Part shown: piece by piece, positions 37,208-46,245 of the stretch
How positions within the stretch are numbered: position 1 is the first letter of the stretch
How the letters are laid out: every line of letters begins with the position of its first letter
Source: Deltaproteobacteria bacterium
Lineage (GTDB): Bacteria; Desulfobacterota; GWC2-55-46
DNA: 64,000 nt
Direction of reading: 5' to 3'
NCBI GenBank assembly: GCA_019912665.1
Contig: JAIOIE010000021.1
Location: 135,679 to 199,678, forward strand
The notes under the pieces: model-generated
The model's database searches: none
Told to the model about the DNA's origin: nothing
What the model saw: the letters and a program-made list of their open reading frames with translations, nothing else
Program-made: the position numbers and the translations under genes

Positions 37208-39394
37208 ATGGCGAAAGACCTGCTTTTCGAGTTAGGAACAGAAGAACTCCCGGCCGGGGTGGCGCCCAGGGCGCTTTCCGCGCTCGAAGGCTTTCTGAGG
37301 AAGGGGCTCGAATCAAGCAAGCTCAAGTTCGGCGCTATTCGGGCGCTCGGCACCCCGAGGCGGTTGACCCTCATGGTCGAGGGGCTCGACGAAAGGCAGC
37401 CCGATTCGCTCCTTGAGATCAAGGGCCCGAACACGAAGGCGGCTTATGACGCGGAAGGGAAGCCCACAGGCGCGCTCCTGGGCTTTGCGCGGTCCCAAGG
37501 CGTCCATGTATCTGAGCTAAAGAGCGTAAAGACGGACAAGGGCGAATACGTAATGGCGATAAAGGAGGTCAAGGGCGAGGCCACCTCAAGGATACTCCCT
37601 GACGTCGTCGCCGACATGCTCTCAAGGGACTTCCTCCCCAAGTCCATGAGGTGGGGTTCCCACGATATCTCGTTCTCCCGCCCCATCCACTGGATTCTCC
37701 TCCTCTTCGGGGGGGAACCGGTCGATTTCAGCCACGGACACATAAAGAGCTCCAGGGTCACATACGGCCACAGATTTCTTTCGGAGCGCGAGGATTCGAA
37801 GCTCAGGCCCGTAAAGGTCGCCTCCATTGAGTCGTACCTCGAAGGGCTCAAAAAAAGCTTTGTGATAGCAGACCAGGCCGAGAGGAAACGCATCATATCC
37901 GAAGGCATCGAAAAGGCCGCCAGGGAAGCGGGCGGGAGCGTAATGCCAGACGAGGCGCTCCTTGAGGAGGTTTCGTGGCTTGTAGAATACCCTGTCGTCG
38001 TTCGGGGCTCATTTGACCGCGAGTTCCTGGACCTCCCCAGGGACATAGTCGTTAACGCCATGAGGGAGCATCAGAGGTACTTCTCCATCCTTAATGATAA
38101 AGGCGGGCTCCTCCCCTATTTCATAACGGTCGCCAACACGCTTGCCAAGGACATGGATATCGTAAGGAAAGGCAACGAGCGGGTCTTGAGGGCCAGGCTC
38201 AACGACGCCAAATTCTACTACGAGCAGGACGTAAGAAAGCCACTTGCGGAAATGGCCGAAAAGCTCAAGGGCGTCGTATTCCAGGCCAAGCTCGGCACAT
38301 CTTACGAGAAGGCCGAAAGGTTTACGGCCCTCGCCCTTGCGATAGGCGGAAAGGCCGGCTTTTCAAGGCCGATGGACGAGGGCGAGAAGCCCTCCGATTA
38401 CCTGACGGAGAGCTTCAACCCCGCGCGGTTCGACCGTAGCGCGATTGACCCAGGCCTCTTTCAGAAGCTCGTCATAGGCAGGGCCGCCATGCTATCGAAA
38501 GCCGACCTCACATCCGGGGTAGTCGGGGAGTTTCCCAAGCTCCAGGGCGTAATGGGCTCGGTCTACGCAGGGAAGGGACGCGAGGCGCCGGAGGTGTGCG
38601 CGGCCATTTACGAACATTACATGCCGGTCTCGTCGGGTGGAGAGCTCCCCGCCTCGATTGCGGGCTCAATCGTAAGCATAGCGGACAAGACCGACACCAT
38701 AGCGGGCTGCTTCGGGGTAGGCCTCATCCCGACCGGCGCTCAGGACCCTTATGCGCTACGGAGACAAGCCCTCGGCATAATAGCCATCATCCTTGAGAAG
38801 GACCTCCGCCTCCCCATTGACGGGCTCGTGGATGAGGCGCTCAAGCTCCTCGCGCCGAAGCTCAAGAGGCCCGCCAATGAAGTCCGCTCCGAGGTGCTCG
38901 ATTTCTTCAAGGAGCGGCTCCGTAACCAGCTCCTCTCCCAGGGGCTTTCGCACGACTCGATAGATGCCGTGCTCTCCGCCCCCTGGCTCGACCTCCCGGA
39001 CGCGGTAAGGAGGATAAAAGCGCTTGAGGGATTCAAGACGCACCCGGACGCGGGAAGGCTCGTGACTGCGTTCAAGAGGGTCTCGAACATACTTAAGAGT
39101 GTCGAGCCGGGCGAGGGCGGACCTGATCCGGCGCTACTGACCGAGCCGGCAGAAGCCGCCTTGGAAAAGGCCAGGGCGGAGATAGCCCCGGTAATGGAGG
39201 AGCGCCGGAAACTTGGCGAATACGCAGGAGCCTTCGAGGCGCTGGCCTCGATAAAGGACAGGATAGACTCCTTCTTTGACGAGGTCATGGTCATGGTCGA
39301 GGACGAGAAAATAAAGAGGAACCGCCTTAAGCTCCTCGCCTCGGTAAGGGATCTCTATTCCGGCATTGCCGATCTTTCTAAATTGACGGTATAG
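37208..39394 (+). CDS. glyS: Glycine--tRNA ligase beta subunit
   Basis: MAKDLLFELGTEELPA... is a typical GlyS N-terminus. The ORF track starts 5 codons earlier at 37193. No glyQ is present in the window. Confidence 0.93.
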   Translation: MAKDLLFELGTEELPAGVAPRALSALEGFLRKGLESSKLKFGAIRALGTPRRLTLMVEGLDERQPDSLLEIKGPNTKAAYDAEGKPTGALLGFARSQGVHVSELKSVKTDKGEYVMAIKEVKGEATSRILPDVVADMLSRDFLPKSMRWGSHDISFSRPIHWILLLFGGEPVDFSHGHIKSSRVTYGHRFLSEREDSKLRPVKVASIESYLEGLKKSFVIADQAERKRIISEGIEKAAREAGGSVMPDEALLEEVSWLVEYPVVVRGSFDREFLDLPRDIVVNAMREHQRYFSILNDKGGLLPYFITVANTLAKDMDIVRKGNERVLRARLNDAKFYYEQDVRKPLAEMAEKLKGVVFQAKLGTSYEKAERFTALALAIGGKAGFSRPMDEGEKPSDYLTESFNPARFDRSAIDPGLFQKLVIGRAAMLSKADLTSGVVGEFPKLQGVMGSVYAGKGREAPEVCAAIYEHYMPVSSGGELPASIAGSIVSIADKTDTIAGCFGVGLIPTGAQDPYALRRQALGIIAIILEKDLRLPIDGLVDEALKLLAPKLKRPANEVRSEVLDFFKERLRNQLLSQGLSHDSIDAVLSAPWLDLPDAVRRIKALEGFKTHPDAGRLVTAFKRVSNILKSVEPGEGGPDPALLTEPAEAALEKARAEIAPVMEERRKLGEYAGAFEALASIKDRIDSFFDEVMVMVEDEKIKRNRLKLLASVRDLYSGIADLSKLTV

Positions 39395-39498
39395 CGATCC
39401 TCCAGGCGGCTTGAGGCTTCACGGACGGATTTCCTGACATATGTCTTAAACATCCATTCCAGTTCATGGTATCTTAAAAGTACCCTGCAGGAGGGAAG

Positions 39499-40056
39499 AT
39501 GGATTTCAAGCTGGTTGCCGCAGCATTCATATTGGCCGCAACACCGGCTTTCGCCGAAACAGGTCAAATGGAAGAGGCCTCCAATGCCGCGGCCGAAATA
39601 ATAGATATGCGCTCAAGCCTTGCAAAGGCCTTCATAGAGCCTGGCATGGAAATAACGCCGGAAACTTTCAAGAACATTTGCGGCAGGGTGGGGGCCCGCG
39701 TAAAGGAACTCTCCGAAACCGGGGGGATGAAGATACGCCACGCTACTGAAAAGTACAGAAACCCGGCTAACAAGGCGGCCTCTGAAGAGGCCGCGCTTAT
39801 AAAAAGGTTCGCGGACGAGAAAGACCTGAACGAGGTCCGGGACGAGCTGATAATCGACGGAAAATCCTACTTCCGCGCAACCAGGCCCATATTCGTCGAG
39901 GAGGCTTGCCTCGCCTGCCACGGCGACAGGGACGCGAGGCCCGCTTTCATAAAGGAGAAATATCCGGACGACAAGGCATTCGGATACAGGCCCGGCGACC
40001 TACGCGGCGTCATCTCCGTAATGGCGCCTGAAAACCCCGAAGGAGAAAAGAGATGA
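39499..40056 (+). CDS. DUF3365 (Tll0287-like) heme-binding protein
   Basis: The 185-aa ORF has a signal peptide and the motif CLACHGD followed by YPDDKAFGYRPGDLRGVISV. Confidence 0.7.
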   Translation: MDFKLVAAAFILAATPAFAETGQMEEASNAAAEIIDMRSSLAKAFIEPGMEITPETFKNICGRVGARVKELSETGGMKIRHATEKYRNPANKAASEEAALIKRFADEKDLNEVRDELIIDGKSYFRATRPIFVEEACLACHGDRDARPAFIKEKYPDDKAFGYRPGDLRGVISVMAPENPEGEKR

Positions 40057-40526
40057 AAAGAGCTTTAGCGTTCATATTGTCCGCCGGCCTTCTGGCGGCT
40101 GCAGGAACATCCTATGCCGCCGACCACAATGCCATCCACGAGAAGATGATGAAGATGGGCGGGCCCAAACCCGATGACAGGGTGGAGCTTAAGCTCCCTG
40201 AGCCCATGAAGGCGATGCAGAAGAGGATGATGCGCCAGCACCTCGACACTGTGAGCGAGATAGCAGCCGCGCTCGGCGCAAACGATATGAATAAGGCCGC
40301 CTCAATTGCGCGTGGGCTCGGCTGGACGCCTGAAGAGGAGGAGCGGTGTGAAGCAGTAGGTGAAATGACCGGCGAGACAGACTTCCTTTCGCTCGGAAAG
40401 GCGGTGCACGTTACCGCAGACGAGCTCGCGGAAGCAGCTCAGGCTGGCAACAGGGACAAGGCCCTCATGGACCTTTCAAGGCTCATAAAAAACTGCAATT
40501 CGTGCCACGAGAAGTTCAGGCACTGA
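40053..40526 (+). CDS. Class II (cytochrome c'-like) four-helix-bundle c-type cytochrome
   Basis: The 157-aa ORF has a signal peptide, helical sequence throughout, and a single C-terminal CNSCH heme motif. It overlaps the upstream gene by 4 nt. Confidence 0.6.
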   Translation: MKRALAFILSAGLLAAAGTSYAADHNAIHEKMMKMGGPKPDDRVELKLPEPMKAMQKRMMRQHLDTVSEIAAALGANDMNKAASIARGLGWTPEEEERCEAVGEMTGETDFLSLGKAVHVTADELAEAAQAGNRDKALMDLSRLIKNCNSCHEKFRH

Positions 40527-40543
40527 GAACCATGATCAAAGCC

Positions 40544-40583
40544 AAAATAATGAAGGGGCGGGAGACCGCCCCTTCATTATTTT
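40544..40583. terminator. Bidirectional terminator hairpin between convergent genes
   Basis: A perfect 18-bp stem, AAAATAATGAAGGGGCGG-GAGA-CCGCCCCTTCATTATTTT, carries A/T runs on both sides. Confidence 0.75.
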
Positions 40584-41467
40584 GATTCCTTGATAAACTT
40601 CAGCGCCTCGTTCAACGCCGGTATTCCGGCCCTGCCGCCGAGCTCCCTGCACTTCATGGCAGCAACGGCAGAGGCGAACTCAACGGTCTTCTTGATGTCC
40701 CAGCCCTGAATAACCCCGTACGCGTAAGCGCCGTGGAAGACGTCGCCAGCCCCGGTAGTATCCACTGCCTTCACCTTGAAAGCCTTCTGGAGGTATACCT
40801 TGCCATCGGAGAAGGTGAAGCTCCCCTTGTCGCCCACGGTTACGGTTATCGCCCTGGTCCTGCCGGTCCTGAGCTTCTTGAAGGCCTCCTTTATGCTGAG
40901 CTTCAGGTCCGAGACGAACCGGTCCGAAGAGACCACGTAATCGCACATGGACGCGAGCCTGAGCATTCCCGGCCTCATGCTCCCGGCATCGAGCATGACG
41001 GGGATGCGGAGCCGGATTGCGTGCTCCGCTGCCTTGTAGGAGGCCTCGGTCATGAGGCCGTCGAGGAGGAGAAAGCCAGCGCCCTTAAAGAAAGCAGGGT
41101 CGACCTCGCGCTCCGAAAGGGGCTCAACCGTGGGCCTCTGCCAGCAGATGGTCCTTGAGCCTGTCTTTTTGTTCACCATTACGACGGCCTGCTGCGACCT
41201 GCCGCCGGGCTTGGCAAGAAGGCCCTTTACGTCCACCCCATCGGCCTTGAGCCCCCGTCTTATCTCGTCTCCCGCAGGGTCGTCCGATACCCTGCCTATT
41301 ATAGCGGTCTTTACTCCGAGGCGGCTCAGGGTCACGAGGGCCGTGGCTACCGGCCCGCCTCCCTGGACAGTGAAGTCGAGGACCTCTTTTTTCTCATCCT
41401 CCGGCGGAAAACCGTCGAGTAGCGTTATGTAGTCGAGTGAGCACTGCCCGAGGCCTACTACCTTCAT
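40577..41467 (-). CDS. PfkB/ribokinase-family carbohydrate kinase
   Basis: The 296-aa ORF contains the DTTGAGDVFHGAY motif and an N-terminal GG dipeptide region. Confidence 0.8.
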   Translation of the reverse strand: MKVVGLGQCSLDYITLLDGFPPEDEKKEVLDFTVQGGGPVATALVTLSRLGVKTAIIGRVSDDPAGDEIRRGLKADGVDVKGLLAKPGGRSQQAVVMVNKKTGSRTICWQRPTVEPLSEREVDPAFFKGAGFLLLDGLMTEASYKAAEHAIRLRIPVMLDAGSMRPGMLRLASMCDYVVSSDRFVSDLKLSIKEAFKKLRTGRTRAITVTVGDKGSFTFSDGKVYLQKAFKVKAVDTTGAGDVFHGAYAYGVIQGWDIKKTVEFASAVAAMKCRELGGRAGIPALNEALKFIKESK

Positions 41468-41883
41468 CTCTCTCCCACCGCCTGCACGGCCACCCTGCGT
41501 TTCCTCGGCCTGTTGTCAAAATCTATGAGCACTACCTGCTGCCAGGTCCCGAGGGCCATTGAGCCTCCGATGACCGGTATGGTTATTCCCGGCTTAAGAA
41601 GTGACGCGCGCACGTGGGCGAAACCGTTGCCGTCGCCCCATTGGCTGTCGTGCTTGTAAGGGATGCCCCTAGGCGCCATGCGCTCTATGGCGTCCTTCAA
41701 GTCCTCGATTACGCCTTTCTCGTATTCTATCGTTGTGATGGAAGCAGTCGAGCCGACGACGAAGACGGAGATAAGCCCATCCCTCATGCCAGACTCATTA
41801 AGCGCCGCCTCGACTTTTGAAGTGATGTCGATTATGTCGGAAAAGCCCTTTGAGCTTATGTCGATATAAGAGGAGAAGGTCAT
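41464..41883 (-). CDS. YjbQ/UPF0047 family (secondary thiamine-phosphate synthase) protein
   Basis: The 139-aa ORF contains DITSKV..., GLISVFVVGSTASITT and GNGFAHVRASLL, typical of YjbQ. Confidence 0.8.
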   Translation of the reverse strand: MTFSSYIDISSKGFSDIIDITSKVEAALNESGMRDGLISVFVVGSTASITTIEYEKGVIEDLKDAIERMAPRGIPYKHDSQWGDGNGFAHVRASLLKPGITIPVIGGSMALGTWQQVVLIDFDNRPRKRRVAVQAVGER

Positions 41884-41930
41884 TGGGGAAAGATAGCACC
41901 TTAAGACAGTGCTGTCAAACCGGGGCTACT

Positions 41931-42296
41931 ATGCCGATTTCAAACCGCCGCAAAGGGCTTTTGCTGGTTTTGCAAATTCCCTATTGCACTTTATTATTGT
42001 ATAATCTATGTCATAGGGCATTGCAGGCGCTTAAGGAAACGGCAGCCGGGCTTAAGAAGCGAATCAAGCTTTATAGGCTCGTTATCGGCCATCCCCGGAC
42101 CCCTCTGGCTCCGAAGCTCCTCCTCTGGCTTGCGGTCGGATATACTCTCCTCCCATTCGACCTGATCCCGGACTTTATCCCGGTCCTGGGCCAGCTTGAC
42201 GACCTTATAATCGTGCCGCTCCTTGCAATAGCGGCGCTCAGGCTTATCCCGCGGGAAATAATCGAAGAATGCGAAAGGCCGGTCCGAGAAGGGTAA
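41931..42296 (+). CDS. DUF1232 (YkvA-like) membrane protein
   Basis: It contains LLPFDLIPDFIPVLGQLDDLIIV, the DUF1232 signature. The internal ATG at 41931 avoids overlap with the convergent yjbQ-like gene, whereas the ORF-track start is 41850. Confidence 0.7.
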   Translation: MPISNRRKGLLLVLQIPYCTLLLYNLCHRALQALKETAAGLKKRIKLYRLVIGHPRTPLAPKLLLWLAVGYTLLPFDLIPDFIPVLGQLDDLIIVPLLAIAALRLIPREIIEECERPVREG

Positions 42297-42743
42297 TCAA
42301 AAGACCTTCCTGCTGTCGAGCATTAGCGTGACCGGTCCGTCGTTTATCGATTCCACCTCCATGTGCGCCTGGAACTCGCCAGTCTCCACCCTGACCGACT
42401 CGCCGAGCCTCTTGACGAGCGCCTCGTAAATTTTCCTTGCACTTTGGGGCTCCTCGGCCCTGTCAAAGGAGGGCCTCCTGCCCTTGCGGCAGTCCCCGAG
42501 TAGCGTAAACTGCGAGATGACGAGAAGCGACCCGCCCGCCTCTTTTACGTCCAGGTTCATCTTGCCCTGGCGGTCCTCGAATACCCTCAGGCCGGTTATC
42601 TTGGAAGCCATGTAATCCAGATCCTCCGGGCCGTCCCCCTTCTCGACACCCACGAATACGAGGAGCCCTTTTTCTATAACCCCTGTCATCCGGCCGGAAA
42701 CGGAAACCGAGGCGGACGCAACCCTCTGGACCACGGCCCTCAT
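42297..42743 (-). CDS. dtd: D-aminoacyl-tRNA deacylase
   Basis: The 148-aa ORF contains MRAVVQRV...SVS, ISQFTL and GRRPSF motifs. Confidence 0.92.
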   Translation of the reverse strand: MRAVVQRVASASVSVSGRMTGVIEKGLLVFVGVEKGDGPEDLDYMASKITGLRVFEDRQGKMNLDVKEAGGSLLVISQFTLLGDCRKGRRPSFDRAEEPQSARKIYEALVKRLGESVRVETGEFQAHMEVESINDGPVTLMLDSRKVF

Positions 42744-43532
42744 CTACTTCACAGCCCTCACCGCTACAGTATCGCCCACGCGGGCCCCAAGGGCCTCTGC
42801 GGCGTTTCCGCGATTGACCGCGACCTCGAGATACCCGGTGCTTCCGATGAGGGCCGTGGCGGCGCCCTTCTCGACCATGGCGTATGTCTTTTTGAGGCCG
42901 GTGAGCGCGGCATTCTTGACGGTCACCTCTACCGCCGTCCCATCCAGGGCTGAGAGGTCCTCGCGCCGGATGTTCGTTATGAGGTTTCCGAAAGAATCTA
43001 TATAGACGACCTCGCCTCTCAGGCCGCCCTTTTCGGGAACTGTCTTCGGGAGGTCAAGCGCCAGTATCTTATCGAGCGCCTGCCCCGTCTCCTCGGGCTT
43101 TGCGCCGAGGCTTAAGTGAGCCGCGACCGGGCCGAAAATATCCCTTCCATGGAAGGTGCTCATGACCTCGTCCCTGAAGAGCTCCCTATTTGTAAGCTCG
43201 ACTGCCCTTAAAATGCCGTCTTCGCGGACCGAGGGACTTAATAGACCGTTATCCGGGCCGATATAGAAAAACCTTCTGGTCTCGACCAGTATCGGTTTCC
43301 TGTCCCCCCCGACACCGGGGTCCACGACCGCCACATGGATCGTCTTTTCAGGGAAATAGCGGGAAGCGCCCAGGAGCACGAACGCTCCTTCGAGTATGTT
43401 TCCGGGCTGGACAAGGTGGGTTATGTCAACGATCCGGACCCCCGGGTTGATCGACAAGATGGCGCCTTTCATGGCGCCCTGGTAGGGGTCCTTCAGCCCG
43501 AAATCGGTCGTCAACGTGATTATCCGTTCCAT
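42744..43532 (-). CDS. SAM hydroxide adenosyltransferase / DUF62 (chlorinase-fluorinase family)
   Basis: The 262-aa ORF begins ITLTTDFGLKDPYQGAMKG and contains VVDPGVG and the N-terminal-domain motif FHGRDIF. Confidence 0.8.
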   Translation of the reverse strand: MERIITLTTDFGLKDPYQGAMKGAILSINPGVRIVDITHLVQPGNILEGAFVLLGASRYFPEKTIHVAVVDPGVGGDRKPILVETRRFFYIGPDNGLLSPSVREDGILRAVELTNRELFRDEVMSTFHGRDIFGPVAAHLSLGAKPEETGQALDKILALDLPKTVPEKGGLRGEVVYIDSFGNLITNIRREDLSALDGTAVEVTVKNAALTGLKKTYAMVEKGAATALIGSTGYLEVAVNRGNAAEALGARVGDTVAVRAVK

Positions 43533-43703
43533 TGCGGGAATAGTCTATTACACAGGGGCCGGTTTTTCAATCCCGCAGACGCGGGCTTCGCCATCCAATA
43601 TCCGGGTTAGAAAAGCATGAAAGGAGAGTGAACGTGACAGAAGGGCCGGGCAAGCAGCGGCTGAAGGGCAGGGTTACCCTCCAGCCCTTAAGTCTGTGCC
43701 GGC

Positions 43704-43994
43704 TCAGCCTCTGGGCGAGAATGTCTTGCAGTCCGCGTGCTCGCTGTGGTGGGAGACGTTTATGCCGGGGGCGGTACACTCGTAGGACTTGTTATAATTG
43801 CATTCGTAGGCCCTGCATGCCCCTACGCCGCCGACGATGTCCGCCCCGCCCTTTGTCGGGGCCCTGTAGAAGGTATCGCATGTGGCATGCCCGCCGTCGC
43901 CGACCGTGATAGCCATCGTGTGGCATTCGCTGTTTGTGTTGTACGCGCATTCAAGCACCGTACAGCTCATTATCTTCGGCATTGTAATGGCCAT
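43704..43994 (-). CDS. DUF1540 Cys-rich protein (two repeats)
   Basis: The motif C.V.EC.YN....C.A..I appears twice. The ATG at 43994 is preceded by AAAAGGGGGG. The ORF-track start at 44078 overlaps the predicted promoter. Confidence 0.7.
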   Translation of the reverse strand: MAITMPKIMSCTVLECAYNTNSECHTMAITVGDGGHATCDTFYRAPTKGGADIVGGVGACRAYECNYNKSYECTAPGINVSHHSEHADCKTFSPRG

Positions 43995-44050
43995 TTGTAC
44001 CCCCCTTTTTAATTCTTGGAATCCGGGCCGCCCTATCCCCTGTAAATCTG

Positions 44051-44079
44051 AGTATAACCCCGTTCCGGGCCGTGTCAAT
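44051..44079 (-). promoter_or_regulatory. Sigma70-like promoter of the DUF1540 gene
   Basis: On the minus strand, TTGACA (44079..44074) is followed by a 17-nt spacer and TATACT (44056..44051). Confidence 0.55.
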
Positions 44080-44130
44080 CCGCATTAAACCCTAAAGATT
44101 TCCTGCCCGTTTCCGATAAATCTGAGTGGA

Positions 44131-44272
44131 GGCAACCTCTAAAAATTAGAGATTTTTCCCGCAATCAAGGAAGGCCGGGAATAAAAAGCGGAGCATATAT
44201 GACAATATGTGAGCATTTTTATTACCGGCCTGACGCAGAGTCCGGGGAAAAGATCAATTTCTGGAGGTTGTC
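44131..44272. repeat. MITE-like nested palindromic repeat, full copy 3
   Basis: The terminal inverted repeats are GGCAACCTCTAAAAATT / AATTTCTGGAGGTTGTC (14 of 17 complementary). Inner inverted repeats are GATTTTTCCCG/CCGGGGAAAAGATC and CCGGGAATAAAAA/TTTTTATTACCGG. TGGA is found on both flanks. Confidence 0.75.
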
Positions 44273-44305
44273 TGGATAAAATCGCCCTCCGGACGGCTTA
44301 AATAT

Positions 44306-45553
44306 ATGATGAAAAAAATAAGACTTTCTGAGCTGGAAAAAGGCATGTATGTCTGCGGCGTCGAGAAGCGCGGCATGAGCCCGGTTTTCCTCGTGAATGA
44401 CATCCTCGTGCGCTCGGATGACGACCTGACGAGGATGTCCGCCAGGGGATACGCCCATGTATACATTTCACTGAATGAAAAGGAAGCGGCCCAGCACGCG
44501 GCAAATGACGGGGACGGGGCCGCAGGAGCGCCTTTTTACCCCGGAACAGAAACGCTCACGGCTGCAGATGAAGGGGCCCAAGGGGCAGAAAGCGGCAAAG
44601 ACAACCCGTCCGACCCGTATCGCGAGTTCAAGAAAGAGCTTGCGGAAGCCGAGGACATCCGGCATGACGCCGAGCAGGTGGTTAGGGACTTCCTCCAGAA
44701 CGCCAGGTCCGGGCAGAGTATAGACTCGGACAGGGTCCTCGAAACCGTCGGCCGCATGGTCGACTCGGTAATAAGGAACCAGGACGCGCTCACTAGCCTT
44801 GCAAGGCTCAAGAGCTTCGACGATTACACCTTCGCTCATTCCGTGAACGTGTGCATACTCTCGCTCGCGGTCGGCAGGCACCTCGGGCTCGAGAAAGACG
44901 ACCTCGACCAGCTCGGCCTGGGGGCCATACTCCACGACATAGGGAAGATGCTCGTGCCAGGAGACCTCCTTAACAAGCCCGGCCGCCTTAGCGAAGGCGA
45001 GTTCACGGTCATGAAAAAGCACACGGAGCTCGGCAAGGACGTGCTCGCAGGTATGAAATGCGTGAAGGAGCCCGCTTTGAGGGTGGTGCTCGAGCACCAC
45101 GAGCGCTTCGACGGGAGCGGCTACCACATGCGGCTTTCAGGAAGCGGCATACACCTCTACGCGCGCATAACTGGAATAGCCGACGTGTACGATGCGATGA
45201 CCAGCAACAGGGTCTACCAGAAAGGCATGCGCCCGGAGGACGCGCTCAAGAGGCTATACCATTCAAGAGGCTCCCTCTTCGACCCGGAACTTGTAGAGAG
45301 GCTCATAAAATGCCTGGGGGTCTACCCCATCGGGACCTGCGTAGAGCTCAATACAGGCGAGGCGGCCATCGTCAATATGATAAACCACTCGCACCCGCTT
45401 AAGCCCCGCGTGCTCCTTATAGCGGACAGGGAGGGCCTGCCTTTCCCCGTGCCCCTGGAAACCGACCTCAAGGAGGACGCCGGGAGGTGGATCGTCGGGT
45501 CTAAAAAGCCCGAGGAATTCGCCTTCCATATCCCTGCCCTCTGCGCCAACTGA
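44306..45553 (+). CDS. HD-GYP-family phosphodiesterase with N-terminal DUF3391-like domain
   Basis: The 415-aa ORF contains HDIGK and HHERFDGSGYH, so the GYP position reads GYH. Confidence 0.8.
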   Translation: MMKKIRLSELEKGMYVCGVEKRGMSPVFLVNDILVRSDDDLTRMSARGYAHVYISLNEKEAAQHAANDGDGAAGAPFYPGTETLTAADEGAQGAESGKDNPSDPYREFKKELAEAEDIRHDAEQVVRDFLQNARSGQSIDSDRVLETVGRMVDSVIRNQDALTSLARLKSFDDYTFAHSVNVCILSLAVGRHLGLEKDDLDQLGLGAILHDIGKMLVPGDLLNKPGRLSEGEFTVMKKHTELGKDVLAGMKCVKEPALRVVLEHHERFDGSGYHMRLSGSGIHLYARITGIADVYDAMTSNRVYQKGMRPEDALKRLYHSRGSLFDPELVERLIKCLGVYPIGTCVELNTGEAAIVNMINHSHPLKPRVLLIADREGLPFPVPLETDLKEDAGRWIVGSKKPEEFAFHIPALCAN

Positions 45554-45600
45554 CCGGGTGTGTGCTGAAAAACCGCCAGTTTTCAATCCATTCTTTAAAC

Positions 45601-45639
45601 GGAGGCAAAAGCGCTCGCGACCAAGCGCCTTTTGCCTCC
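45601..45639 (+). terminator. Hairpin downstream of the HD-GYP gene
   Basis: GGAGGCAAAAGCGCT-CGCGACCA-AGCGCCTTTTGCCTCC forms a stem of about 15 bp with one bulge. No clear T-tract follows. Confidence 0.45.
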
Positions 45640-45710
45640 TCTGCATGCCTGCCCGTCCGCCATTTATCAGTGACCGCTCCGCCGAAATATTGTATATTGT
45701 AGGCTAAGAA

Positions 45711-46199
45711 ATGGAGGAAGCCATGAATGAGCTGGTGAGGCTTGACCTGAGGGGCGCGCCGGTGCACGAGCGCCACCCGATGGTATTCGACGGATGGGAA
45801 GGGCTTGCGGCCGGCAAGGTCCTGCAGATAGTAAACGACTACGACCCGAGGGCGATCCGGTACATGCTCGAATCCGAATACGCCGGAAAGTTCGAATGGG
45901 AGTGCGTGTCCAGCGGCCCCGAATGGGTGGTGAACATAACGAAGACCAGGCTTCCCGAGGCGAGCGGCGAGGAACTCAGGAAAAAGGTCATCGCCGGGCT
46001 CGATAATGTGCGGCCGCATCTCCAGGCAGACGGCGGCGACGTCGAGCTTGTGGATATAGACGAGGCCGAAAAGGTCGTCAAGGTGCGCCTTACCGGGGCG
46101 TGCGGGGGCTGCCCCTCGGCGGCCATGACCCTCAAGTCAGGGGTCGAGGTGCAGGTGAGGAAGTTCGCCCCGGAGATACTGAGGGTCGAGCCGGTTTAA
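45711..46199 (+). CDS. DUF2249 domain fused to a NifU C-terminal-like domain
   Basis: The N-terminal part reads LDLRGAPVHERHPMVFDGWEGLAAGKVLQIVNDYDP (DUF2249-like). The C-terminal part reads VRPHLQADGGDVELVDI...GACGGCPSAAMTLK (NifU-like CxxC). The start may be the ATG at 45723. Confidence 0.7.
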   Translation: MEEAMNELVRLDLRGAPVHERHPMVFDGWEGLAAGKVLQIVNDYDPRAIRYMLESEYAGKFEWECVSSGPEWVVNITKTRLPEASGEELRKKVIAGLDNVRPHLQADGGDVELVDIDEAEKVVKVRLTGACGGCPSAAMTLKSGVEVQVRKFAPEILRVEPV

Positions 46200-46217
46200 C
46201 CGGCTGGCCTATGCTGT

Positions 46218-46240
46218 AAAAAAACGCGATTTCCTCGCGT
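46218..46240 (-). terminator. Rho-independent terminator of the radical SAM/mini-protein/YHS operon
   Basis: On the minus strand, ACGCGA-GGAAA-TCGCGT is followed by TTTTTTT, just after the YHS stop codon. Confidence 0.55.
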
Positions 46241-46245
46241 CTGAC

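Noticed and set aside
36068-37434. Minus-strand ORFs of 260, 86, 73 and 180 aa
   Set aside because: The first is antisense to the REC-PilZ gene. The others traverse the repeat-rich spacer and the 5' end of glyS. All have low-complexity translations.
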